A DNA stretch of 61,520 nucleotides from Chiloscyllium plagiosum (taxonomy: Eukaryota), in assembly GCF_004010195.1 (NCBI RefSeq), contig NC_057719.1:25864377-25925896 (forward strand), in the 5' to 3' direction. This document shows, piece after piece, positions 50,576-61,520 of this stretch. How positions within the stretch are numbered: the stretch's first letter is position 1; every line of letters begins with the position of its first letter. A program made the translations under genes and the position numbers. The notes under the pieces are model-generated. The model saw only the letters and a list, made by a program, of their open reading frames with translations, made no database searches and was not told the origin of the DNA.

Positions 50576-50794
50576 AGCCATGATGTGGAGGTGATGCTGT
50601 TGGACAGGGATGGACAACGTCAGAAGTCACACAACAGCAGATTATTGTCCAATTGTGTATTTGAAATCACAAGCTTTCAGAACACTGCTCCTTTGTCAGG
50701 TGAAAATTGATCACCTTACGAAGGAACAGCGCTCGAATGCTTGTGATTTCAAATAGATCATTGGACTATAGCCTGGTGTTGTGTGACTTCTGAC
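50576..50794. mobile_element. Palindromic Penelope-terminus mini-element (inverted arms 50619-50703 and 50711-50794)
   Basis: About 85-bp inverted arms around a 7-nt loop, each arm carrying a hammerhead-like core. The Penelope origin is inferred from that motif. Confidence 0.7.
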
Positions 50795-52226
50795 TTTAAC
50801 AATTAATGTCCAAGATGAACAATCTTTTGTAGACTGAGAGGTTATTCTGTAAGGGAACAGAAGGTTGTCCAACCCACTTTAAAGAGAAACACAGAAATTA
50901 CTGCCTAACTTGTCTCTAAGCAAATACTTCTGCAATCTGTGCATCATTTTCTGAAGCACCATTCAATGCTATGAGATATGCTATGTGTGTTTGACCTTAT
51001 TCTTACTCAGAAATATTACAAATTATTCTGACATAACCTGTGAACCAGTATCTGATACTACTGTCTCTGGCAACCTATAAACGGCGAACCAACTTCTCAA
51101 AGCCTTGGCAATTGATGTATTGATTATGGACTCTGCTTTTATCCACTTGCTATGGATTGTAATGCCCAGAGAAGGCACATCATTTTCATTATGTTAAGTA
51201 TGACTTGTTAGTTGACACTTCTAGAACAATCTTGTATTTATTTCAAATGGTCACTGATAAACTGATAAGATGGCTGCCAAGGAGGTTAGTTAATCTTTGC
51301 AACTTCAACACAGATTATCAAGCTTCTGCAAAGTTCTAAATTGAACTATGCTGAATGGAGGGCCTTCCCCCATGAATGGGTATGCCTCAAAAGCAATGTT
51401 TTGTGGAATTCCTGCCAACAATTGTTCTAAGTTTAATCAAAGTGCAGAAGCAATGTGTTTCTAGACTCTAAATCCTCAAAGTTCTAGTCTTACAAAAGAA
51501 AATTGACGAGACCAATTCACAGAATCACAACTATGTTATGGTGCAGGATGCGGTCAATGGACCTTATATTATCTCAAAAATCTAGTTTGACTCTATTATC
51601 TAGTGCCAATCATCTGACATTTCCCCATATGCCAGCAAATTGTTACTATCCAAAAAATATCCAATTATCCACAATTTAAGCACAAAAGACCACCATTTAT
51701 CAACAACCATGTAATGATGGTTTTGGACTTCCAAACCATCTGGTTAGACCACAACAGCATTGGTCATGTAATCAAAATTCACTTGAGAGAATGCTTTTTG
51801 AAGCCTAAGAGAGAGGCTGGGGCAACTGAAAGAGACCATCAAAAGCCAAGGACCAGAACAGCAATAAGGATGTGTCAATTGCTTTTTATATAAACAAGAA
51901 GGCTGCAAAATCTTTTAAAAAGCCTCCCATCCTGACTTCAAGCCTCCAAATTCATCCGTAAAGAAATTGGACCTGCTGATACAAAAGCTATCAGTGTCTC
52001 ACTTCATGACCTGCATGATTGCTTTGAAACAACTACAATAATCCTGATATTCAACACTAGCTAATTGAATTGATCCAAATAAGCCAAGACTGCAAATCTC
52101 TTATTTCTTACCCCGACATGCAAAGACTTTTCTTCTTTCCCAGAAGCTAAACATGAGAATTATTAACTATTCTTTTGGTTAAACGCCATACAAGGGCTTT
52201 ATTATCTCTAACTATATCTTTTTTTT

Positions 52227-52535
52227 GGATTAGATTCCCTACAGTGTGGAAACAGGCCCTTCGGCCCAACAGGTCCACACCGACCCTTCAAAGAGCAACC
52301 CACCCATTCCCCTACATTTACCCATGACTAATCCACCCAACACTATGGGCAATTTCGCATGGCCAGTTCACCTGACCTGCATATCTTTGGACTGTGGGAG
52401 GAAACCGGAGAACCTGGAGGAAACCCACGCAGACACAGAGAGAATGTGCAAACTCCACACAGGCAGTTGCCCAAGCCAGGAATCGAACCCGGGTCCTTGG
52501 CGCTGTGAGGCAGCAACGCTAACCACTGAGCCACT
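52227..52535 (-). mobile_element. HE1-like V-SINE (young)
   Basis: Intact B box GGTTCGATTCC, core and tail. Confidence 0.9.
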
Positions 52536-53128
52536 GACCTTAGTGTGTGACTGATGGATAGTTCAGATTTTCTTGGTGAGTGTACAAATAAATACCAATG
52601 GAAAAGAGGGGCTCACACACACAGATCTACATTTCTACAAATCTCAGACAGTAAGGGAAAGAGCCTGGGGCTCTCAGTTTAATCTTCCTCACCTGTCTGT
52701 AACACTATCAGCCAAAAAAATGGTGCTCTTTTCATTTGTTTTTCAAAGAAATTGACATGTATTCATGTTCTCTTACACTTAACCATTTTCTAGCCAACGT
52801 TTTACTTCCTACTTCTGGCGGCACATAAAAGACCAGCTGAGTCTCAAAGATGTTGTCCGTACATTGTCCTTTATCTTAGATCTGGCTTTGTGAAGCCTAA
52901 TTTTGTCATCCTTGCTCAAACACCACTTTGTTCTCTCTTAGCACTTACACAATCACAGGCACATTTTTACTGAGGCCGGCTGTGAATAACTAATGTCAAT
53001 GTAACCATGAGCAGCATTTTTAAAGGGTTACTCAGATTACCCACAGCTGCCAACCTTACAAAACTAACACTCAGTCAGTGCCATGAGAATGTGCAATCTT
53101 GTTGATTCATGGTGATAATTCTCTGGAG

Positions 53129-53221
53129 GAAGGGTCACTTCATCCAAAAGGTAACTCTGATTTTCTTCCTCAGATGCTGCCAGAACTGCTGAGTTTTTCC
53201 AGCAATTTCTATTTTTGCTTC
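53129..53221 (+). mobile_element. 93-bp Penelope terminal fragment
   Basis: 16-bp TSD tgataattctctggag (53113-53128 and 53222-53237). The insert matches the terminus at 11475-11580. Confidence 0.75.
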
Positions 53222-53486
53222 TGATAATTCTCTGGAGACAGTCTTAATTGGATTGGAGTGGGACTTTTCTCCTCCTGCTGACCATTCTGATTACCGAACC
53301 ACTCTGAAGTCTCAGCAATGTTAGAGGAGAGTAGTGACCAATGCTGAGGCTACAAGCAGGTCTGAGGAAGAAACAAACTCATGGTCTTTGGGTGGACATG
53401 CTGGGAGACCCTGTGGTAGGCAGTGGGGGGTGAGAGGGGGTGGATGTTGCAGAGAAATCATGGGGTAATGAACATTCCATCTTGTG

Positions 53487-53627
53487 TTGAGAGTGTGGTG
53501 CTGGAAAAGCACAGCAGGTCAGGCAGCATCCAGGAAGCAGGAAAATTGACGTTTCAGACCTGCTGTGCTTTTCCAGCAGCACACTCTTGACTCTGGTCTC
53601 CAGCAGCTGCAGTCCTCACTTTCTCTT
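53487..53627. mobile_element. Penelope mini-insertion with an internal inverted repeat
   Basis: About 32-bp inverted arms (53489-53520 and 53557-53588). Flanking 13-bp direct repeat attccat(c/t)ttgtg (53474-53486 and 53628-53640). Confidence 0.8.
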
Positions 53628-53895
53628 ATTCCATTTTGTGTGTATAAGTGTCTCCCCAGTGGGCACAAGCAATCTTCCTTCCCTCTCCAATGGAAGAGAG
53701 AACACCAGGGTGTCTTGTATAACCCAGCCTTACTTTATGTATCTCTGGTTTTTAAATCTTCCAGCTGTAAAAGCCCAACCCCATTTTGTGATATAAGGTG
53801 CATGATTTTTATATATTTTAATATCATTTACTTCCGAGGTTGTATTTTGAACTAATGGCCTGTGTTAGGTCTATGTAGCTATTTAATAATTACCT

Positions 53896-54681
53896 TGTAA
53901 CGAATGTTTAGCCATTATGACTTCTTTTAAAGGTGATATGAGAGAGTTGGCTCTTTGAGGTGAATGGGTATTTGTTTATAATGGGTGAGTTTTATGAGTG
54001 CACAGAGTAAACAGTTGTGCATTATGCTTCAGGTAGAAAGTCTCAGAATGGAATGTTCTAGTTTAGGGAAACATACATTGCTTGAAGAAATCCCTTTCAG
54101 TTTCAGGTTTTCTGAAGTCTTGCTGAAGATAGACAGGCAAGACTGTTTATTCTAAAGAATGGAGATGGTTTAAAACTGGAATGACATAGATTAAAATTAA
54201 ACTCATCACACTGGGATAATGTTCCACACACCAGAAGTGTTTGTTAAAATCCTGAAGGGCTTATTTGAAGCTGAGAAAGTCTAACGTCAGTTGTATGGTG
54301 ATTCTAGGAAGAGGTAATCAGATTGTCAAGACCAGAGAATTGAACTGAAGTTAAATAAAACCCTGTAGATCTGATAAGAAAGGGAATTATCTGTGGAGTA
54401 AATACTGTAAAAGAAGTGCTGTTGAGATTAATGAGATTGTATTTTACTATGTTTTGAAACCTTAAAATTTGCATTATACGTTTGTTTTATTCTAACTTAT
54501 TTAATTTCTTCTGTGTAATAAATTTGTATTTTATTGCTAAAAACAAATCTGCATCATTGCATGCTTGTGCTTTCATGGAAAAGCATGTTAAAAGCATGTT
54601 AAAAGCATACAAAATTATCAAGCCTAATTTGAGTTTGGAATCTGATTTGTCGCAATAATAATATCAGTTTAGATTATAATA
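53896..54681 (+). mobile_element. Possible solo LTR
   Basis: Starts TGTAAC, has AATAAA about 160 bp before a degenerate TTATAAtA end, and is non-coding. No TSD confirmed. Confidence 0.35.
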
Positions 54682-57404
54682 ATATTGTCTTGAGATTATT
54701 TCTTCCAATCAGCAAGAATTCATTCCCTCCTACTGCTAGAAATGGTATGTAACAGGATGTAGCATTGTATTGCACTTTAGCACTAGAAGACTGTTATTGA
54801 AGTAACTTGTCATCTTTACACCAGTTTTGTACAATGTGTTATGGCTTGGGGATTTGTTGTACTCTCCAGTGATTAAAAAAAATCACTTCAACTGTGTCAA
54901 TGATGGAAGTTAAATTTTAAATCTTCAAATTTTAGTTCTGCAGTAGGAGTTAGAGTGATAGCTTCTGCCGTTTTACTCTCATCTTTCACATGGTGTTTTT
55001 CTAGCTCTTTGACTAAGTAGAACTCATGATCTTCTTGCCTCCCAACCTCAACTCCTGCTTCTCCATCTATTATACATCTGCTTGAAGATTTCCAGAAGCT
55101 TTAGATTTATCACCATCCTGTCCGAGTGTATTATCACAACCCAGAGCCTGACTGTTTCCTATACTCCTTGCATGCTACCTGGCTATCACACTTTTCTGCA
55201 GTCAATACAATTTGACAGGAAATAGGGGCCTTTAAATGGCCAATGGCTACAATGATTTCACTAAGAACTGGTGGATTTCCTCAGCTGGTCCAAAAAAATA
55301 ACACCTTGTCACCCACAACTACCTTTTTCTGTCATTTTCATGATCATGGCCTCATCACAGGCTTCCACATCAGACTTTTTTTCAGAAGGTTAGACCATTT
55401 TATTTTAATTCTATTTTATAAGCATTTTTAATCATGCCGTGATATTTGTTCAGAACCATCTTGATTTCAGATGAATCCACAAAACTGGGATTTCATGTGC
55501 AACGTTGGTTTGACACCACCTCAATAGCATCTGGTTCTTTCATTGTGTGAACAACATATACTTTATTCTCATTTCCTATTTTATGCACTTTCATCCAAAT
55601 GGGTAAGCTTTGTTTGTAAACTTTGTTCAGCTATCTCTCCACAGAAAAGGCGGCAGAAAGGACAATGCAACAAAATGCCCCAGATCGATATACTTACACA
55701 GTGGTGAAGGTGGGCCTTCAGTAAATGGGGTCGCATATGCAAACAATATAATTAAGGAGGCAAAATGTTTAGCATGAAACCCCAGATCAGAGTCAAGCAG
55801 AATAATAACAATGTGCCCCAGCTTAATCCTAAACAGATACTGGAGAAGGGAGCTGGAGATGGGGGCAAAAACACATCAGGAATGATATCTACTGGGAATT
55901 CCCATATTGGGTCAGCTATTTGGATGTCACAATTCAGTGGAAGTTGGCAGCAGCTAAGGTCAGATTAACAGGAAGACTGACCTTCTGCTGAAGTGAAACT
56001 GTCAGATTAAGAAAATCGCAGAGGAAATTTTTGGCAATCAACTGAACAAATAACTTTTTGACAAGAATACAAATTAACGAGTGAGAATTAAACGGAAGTG
56101 ACAGAGAAACTCATCTGGTCATGCCAATCTGGGATTGGCACAACCAGGAGTGATTGAAGACTATGACAACATGATAAGCATTGCACACAGTCTCCTTGCA
56201 GCCTAATCTTGTCTATTCCCTATCCAGACCATAAAATGTGGGATGTATTTCCCTATTTGGGAATGAGGGGAAGTGGAATAGATCCCATTAGCACTCAAAC
56301 ACAGTACACATTGGCTCTGTGAACTGCTCAACTGCAGCAGTACCATTAAAACTGTGAATAATTTGTTATTACTTGAACTATTAGCCCCATGATTTAAGGG
56401 TAGTCAGTAACTGCAGGGAATAAATTAACGTCAGTTCACGTGCTTCAACAGCAGCACGCATTTGTGATACACATATTCAGCATCTTTGAAGGGATTAGGT
56501 CGCCTTGTAATAGCCTCAATAGCTAAAAATAACAAGTTCCCCATCTGCATACACTGCTCAAGTCTCATGAGCTCCTGGTCTCATAACTGAAAGAACAGCT
56601 TTATTCATACACAATACAAGCAGGAGACCACATCTGTAGTCTGCTGAAAAGAACTGTAACACTATGTGATAGCTTACAATGCACAGCTGCATTCCTCCAG
56701 CCTTTGAATCACTTGAGGGGGATATTCCTGCAGTCTGAATCTTAACAAAAAATGTATTCACCATTTTATCCATGTCTATTTTTAAATTACTTTGGCGGGG
56801 TTATTTCACAACTGAGAGTTAACACAAATTAATATATAGCCCAGGAGGGCTCGGTTAGCTTCACCAGAGAATTTGAATGGGTTCTTTTATTTTGCAGCAT
56901 GTCAGAATAACTTGACTTTCCACATTTTGTTTGCCTTCCTGTTCATAAGGTTGTTTTCAGGAGAACTCCACACTCATTTCCAATTAAATATTGAAGATTT
57001 GATGAAAAAGCGAACAAGTCTACTTGTCATTATGTCAGGTGCCACATACATTTTAATAAGTTGATTTTAAATTAGTGACTTATTTCTAATCTTCTTCCTA
57101 TTGAAGTGCAGATGATTTGATATACTAAGAGCAGCAGTTGGCCAGTCTGCCCATCGGCCTTGTACTGCCATTCAATAAGATCCTGGCTGACATTATTGTA
57201 TCCTCAAATCTACATTCTTTCTACTCCTGATAACGTTTAAACCCCGAGCTTATCAAGATTCTACACATATTGGCTTCAAAAATATTTTAGCACTCCATCC
57301 ACAACCCTTTTGTGAAGATAGTTTCTAAGATTCACAACACTCTGGGAGGGAAACAAAAACTAATCTCTGTATTATTTGGATGACCTTTGATTTTTAAACA
57401 GGAA

Positions 57405-59740
57405 GGTGATGACCTAGTGGCATTACCCCTAGACTGTTAAGACAGCAACTCAAATAATGTTCTAGAGATTTGAAAGATGGTGGAATTTGAATTCATCCAA
57501 TATCTAGAACTGAGAGTCAAAGATGATTATAGAACCACTGCCGTTTGTCACTCAAACCCATCTGATTCACTAATGGGCTTCAGCGAAGGTAAACTATCAT
57601 CTTTACCTGGTCTGGTCTGCAAGTCAACCAGCAATGCGGTTGACTCTTAACTGCCTTCTGAAATGAACTGCCCCAGCAAGCCACTCAGTTGTATCAATCA
57701 TTACAAAGGCTCAAAATGGAAATTAAACTGGATGGATCACCCAGCATCGACCCAGGGCACTGGAAACAACAATGGCAAAAACAGCCCTGTCTTTCCTGCA
57801 AAGTCCTTCTTACCAACATCTGGGGGCTAGTTCCAAAGTTGAGAGAGAGTCTCACGGACTAGTCAAGCATCAGTCAGACATAGTCATATTCATGAAGTCA
57901 TACCTTATAGACAATATCCCAGACACCACCATCACCATCCCTGGATATATCCTGTATTACTGGCACAGAGATGGCAGCATAGTGGAAGACAGTCAGGGAG
58001 GAATTGGTCTGATAGTCCTAACATTGACATTGGATCCCTTGGGTCATGTGGTCTGAGGTCAAAATTGGACAAGGAATCCTCTTGTGGATTAATAGGTACC
58101 ATCCTCCATCAGCTGATGAATCAGTACTCCTCCATATTGAACAACACCTTGAGGAGGTACTGAGGGCAGGAAGGGCACAAAATGTACTCTGTGTGGGGTA
58201 TTGCAATGTCCATCACCGAGAGTGACTCGGCAACAACATTACTATCGAGTTGGCCCAGTCTTAAAAGACACCTGCCAGACTGGGTCTGTGGCAGGTGGTG
58301 AGGGAACCAACAAGAGTGAAAAGCATATCCTCACAAACATGCCTTTTGCAGATGAATCTGTCCATGTCAGTATTGATAAGCACAATCATCACATAGTCTT
58401 TGTGGAGATATCCCATCGTCACATTGAGTATACCCTTGATAATTTTGTGTGGCACCATCTCTGTGCTAAATGGGACAGACTTTGAACAGATCTAGTAACT
58501 CAAGAATGGGTATTCATGAAGCACTGCGGACCATCAACGGCATGACCTGTAGCCTCATGGTCCAGCATATGCCCTGCCCAACCATCACCATTAAACCAGG
58601 GGATCAACCTTGGATCAATGGAGTATGCAGGAGGGCATACCAGGAGCAGCATCAGCCAATACTGAAAATGAGGTGTTAACCTGGTGAAGCTACCAAACGG
58701 AACTACTTCCATACCACACTGCATAAGCAAGTGATACACAGAGCTAAATGAGCCCACAACCAATGGTCAGATCTAAGCTCTACTGTTCTGTCACATCCAA
58801 TTACGATTGGTGGTGGACGATTAAACAACTCACTGGAGAAGGAGGCTCCACAAATATCCCCATCCTCAATGATAGAAGGGCCTAACACAACAGTGTAAAA
58901 GATAAGGCCGAAGCTTTCGCAGCAATCTTCGGCCAGAAGTGTAAGTGGTTGATCTATCACGACCTCCTTCAGTGGCCCCCAGATATCAGTCTTTAGCCAA
59001 TTCAGTTCACTCCACATAATAACAAGGGACAGCTGGAGGCACTGGATACTGCAAAAGCTACAGGCCCTGACAACATTCCAGCAATAATACTGAAGATGTA
59101 TGCTCCCGAACTTCCCGCATACAGTACAGTGATGACATTGACATTGAACTGACAACGTGAAAAATTGCCCAAGTAAGTTGTGTACACAAAAAAAACAGAA
59201 CAAATCCAGCCTGGCCAATTATCACCCCATAAGTCCACTCTCGATTATCAGTAAAGTGATGGAAGGTATCATGAAGAGGGTTATCAAGCAGTACCTGCTC
59301 AGCACCCGCTCATTGAAGCCCAGTCTGAGTTCACTCAGCTCCTGACCTCATTACAGCCTTTGTTCAAATATAGGTAAAAGAGCTGTATTCCAGAGGTGTG
59401 GGGAGAATGACAGCCTTGACCGAGTGTGAGCCTGAGAGAAACTGGAGCCAATTGGAATCAGGAAGAAAACTCTCTGCTGATTAAAGTCATACCTGGCACC
59501 TAGCAAGATGGTTATGGTTGTTGGAGTGCAGTCATCTCAGCTCCAGGACACCTATACAAGAGTTCCTCATAGTAGTGTCTGAAACCCAAAACATCTTCAG
59601 CAGCTTCATCAATGACCTTGCCTCTATCATAAGGTCAGAAGTGGGGATGTTTGACAATGATTGCACCATGTTCAGCACCATTCATGACTCCTCAGATTAT
59701 GAAGCGGTCTATGCCCAAATGCAGCAAGACCTGGACATCC
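57405..59740 (+). mobile_element. Long decayed LINE (EN+RT, CR1/L2 group) with a 5' leader
   Basis: Encodes LVKHQSDIVIFMKSYLIDNIPDTTITIPGY (EN N-terminus), ANYHPISPLSIISKVME and FINDLASIIRSEVGMFDND (RT). Confidence 0.82.
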
Positions 59741-59744
59741 TTCC

Positions 59745-60340
59745 AACAGGTACCCTGTCAAGAACCTTCAGGATCTTATATATTTTAATCTGTTCATCTC
59801 TTACTCCTCAAAACTCCAGTGGTTCCAAGCCTGGCCAGTCCAACTGTTTCTCATGAGACAACACTCCCATTTTAAGTATTATTTTCTGAACTGCTTTTGA
59901 TGTACTGATATCCTTCCTTAGATAAGGTGATCAGTATCTGTAGAACTCTAGATCTGGTATCACCAGTGATCTGTATAACATATCCACCTGCTAAAATGGA
60001 CCAATCTGCATTGTCCTACATTATACTCCATCTTTTCCCACTCACAACCTATCGATACATTTTTGCATCCTCCTTCCTACCTCTTCACAACTTAATTCCT
60101 GACCTATCTTTGTGCCGTCCGTAAAATTAGCAACCACGTTATTGGTCCCATTGTTTAAGTCGTTTATATAAATTGTAAACAGTTGAGGTCCTAACACTGA
60201 TCCCTGTAGCACACCACTTATTACATCTTACAACCCTGAAAATGATGTATGTACACCTACTCTCTGTTTCCTGTTAACCAGTCAATCAACTATCCATGGA
60301 AGTATGCTACTCCCCACACTATGAACATTTATTTCAGACC
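59745..60340 (-). mobile_element. Decayed CR1 fragment
   Basis: Minus strand gtggtgtgctacagggatcagtgttaggacctcaactgttt encodes GVLQGSVLGPQLF. Confidence 0.7.
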
Positions 60341-60952
60341 ATACCCACAGACTTTGCCCAATACTCCTTGTGTTTCCAGCTGAATTACAGTTTTCATAAA
60401 CAGATCGAGGTCATTATGAAACCAATAGTGCTAGTTTTATTTTCAGTTGAATATTGGCTATCTTAGCTCAGCCAACTCCAAATAACAAATAACCCTGAGT
60501 TGCAACAAATCAAATCAATTACAACAAAATGTAAAGAATATTTTCTGTGCTATTGTAAGATGATGGAAAATAAACCCAACACCACTGCGAGAAGGTAATG
60601 TTATACATATAGAGACAATATATACTGAAACAAAAGTATTGAGCATTCGGATGCTTATGTAATAGAACAAAACACAATCTGCAATGACTTAATATATGCT
60701 TTTCACAAACTACTCTTGTCACATTTTTGGTGAATGTAATTTCTTATAGAGAACCACTTGGAGTGAGAGAGTAAGTGAGTGACTGAGTGAGTGAGTGACC
60801 GAGCGAGCAGTGAGTAGGTGTGGGAGTAAGAACTTTTTTTTTGAGCTGAGGGGACGGTCGTGGGAGAGAGAATTGGCTCAGAGGGATAGTCAGGTTGAGT
60901 TCATGAGGAGATAGTGGGAGGAGAGAGAATCATTTTGGGGGAGGGAACGAGT

Positions 60953-61520
60953 TATAGAGTCATAGAGATGTACAGCATGGAAACAGAACCTTCGGTCCAA
61001 CCTATCCATGCTGACCAGATATCCCAACTTAATCTAGTCCCAACTGCCAGCACCCGGCCCATATCCCTCCAAACCCTTCTTATTCATATACCCATTCAAA
61101 TAGACAATAGACAATAGGTGCAGGAGTAGGCCATTCTGCCCTTCGAGCCTGCACCACCATTCATAGAACATAGAACATAGAACATAGAACAATACAGCAC
61201 AGAACAGGCCCTTCGGCCCACGATGTTGTGCCGAACATTTGTCCTAGCTTAAGCACCTATCCATGTACCTATCCAATTGCCGCTTAAAGGTCACCAATGA
61301 TTCTGACTCTGCCACTCCCACAGGCAGCGCATTCCATACCCCCAGCACTCTCTGGGTAAAGAACCTACCCCCGACATCCCCCCTATACCTTCCACCCTTC
61401 ACCTTAAATATATGTCCCCTTGTAACACTCTGTTGTACCCGGGGAAAAAGTCTCTGACTGTCTACTCTATCTATTCCTCTGATCATCTTATAAACCTCTA
61501 GCAAGTCACCCCTCATCCTT
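60953..61520 (-). mobile_element. Three stacked CR1 3' ends; the last runs off the window
   Basis: Three different tails: atagagtcatagag (60954), (aatagac)2 (61099) and (atagaac)4 (61163). ORF MRGDLLEVYKMIRGIDRVDSQRLFP. Confidence 0.88.

Noticed and set aside
28440..61520. Upstream SLC24A4 exon(s) or promoter
   Set aside because: I found no exon ending in an NCT.P-like motif with a phase-1 donor and no non-repeat CpG island. A poorly conserved exon could have been missed by eye.

Overview
This is vertebrate genomic DNA, not prokaryotic. It is most likely a shark or other elasmobranch, inferred from its HE1/V-SINE, DeuSINE and CR1 repeat content. The only supportable host gene is on the minus strand: five consecutive internal coding exons of a K+-dependent Na+/Ca2+ exchanger, best matching SLC24A4 (NCKX4). 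The exons are 28439-28363, 14982-14908, 14173-14089, 13023-12920 and 5664-5590. All have GT-AG boundaries and splice into one open frame (416 nt) that includes the alpha-1 repeat ([15 protein letters not shown]...GTIVGSAVFN). I could not find the start or end of the gene, so the rest of the window is probably intronic. The introns are dense in transposable elements: many CR1-type LINE fragments (some nested), HE1 SINEs, a Rex1/Babar 3' end, a young Tx1-like insertion with an 18-bp TSD, Penelope elements and mini-elements with 12-16 bp TSDs and hammerhead-like motifs, a TA-flanked MITE, probable solo LTRs, decayed Harbinger Myb/SANT fragments and a ~33-bp GC-rich VNTR. There is an 868-N gap. 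Nearly all other ORFs in the track are TE debris or chance. The best candidates for something unusual are the VNTR-containing composite element with a Rex/Babar-type tail, the Penelope hammerhead-like mini-elements and hairpins, and an 87-bp duplication around a SINE head. TE boundaries are approximate unless a TSD is quoted. Family assignments come from recognised motifs, not from a database search.
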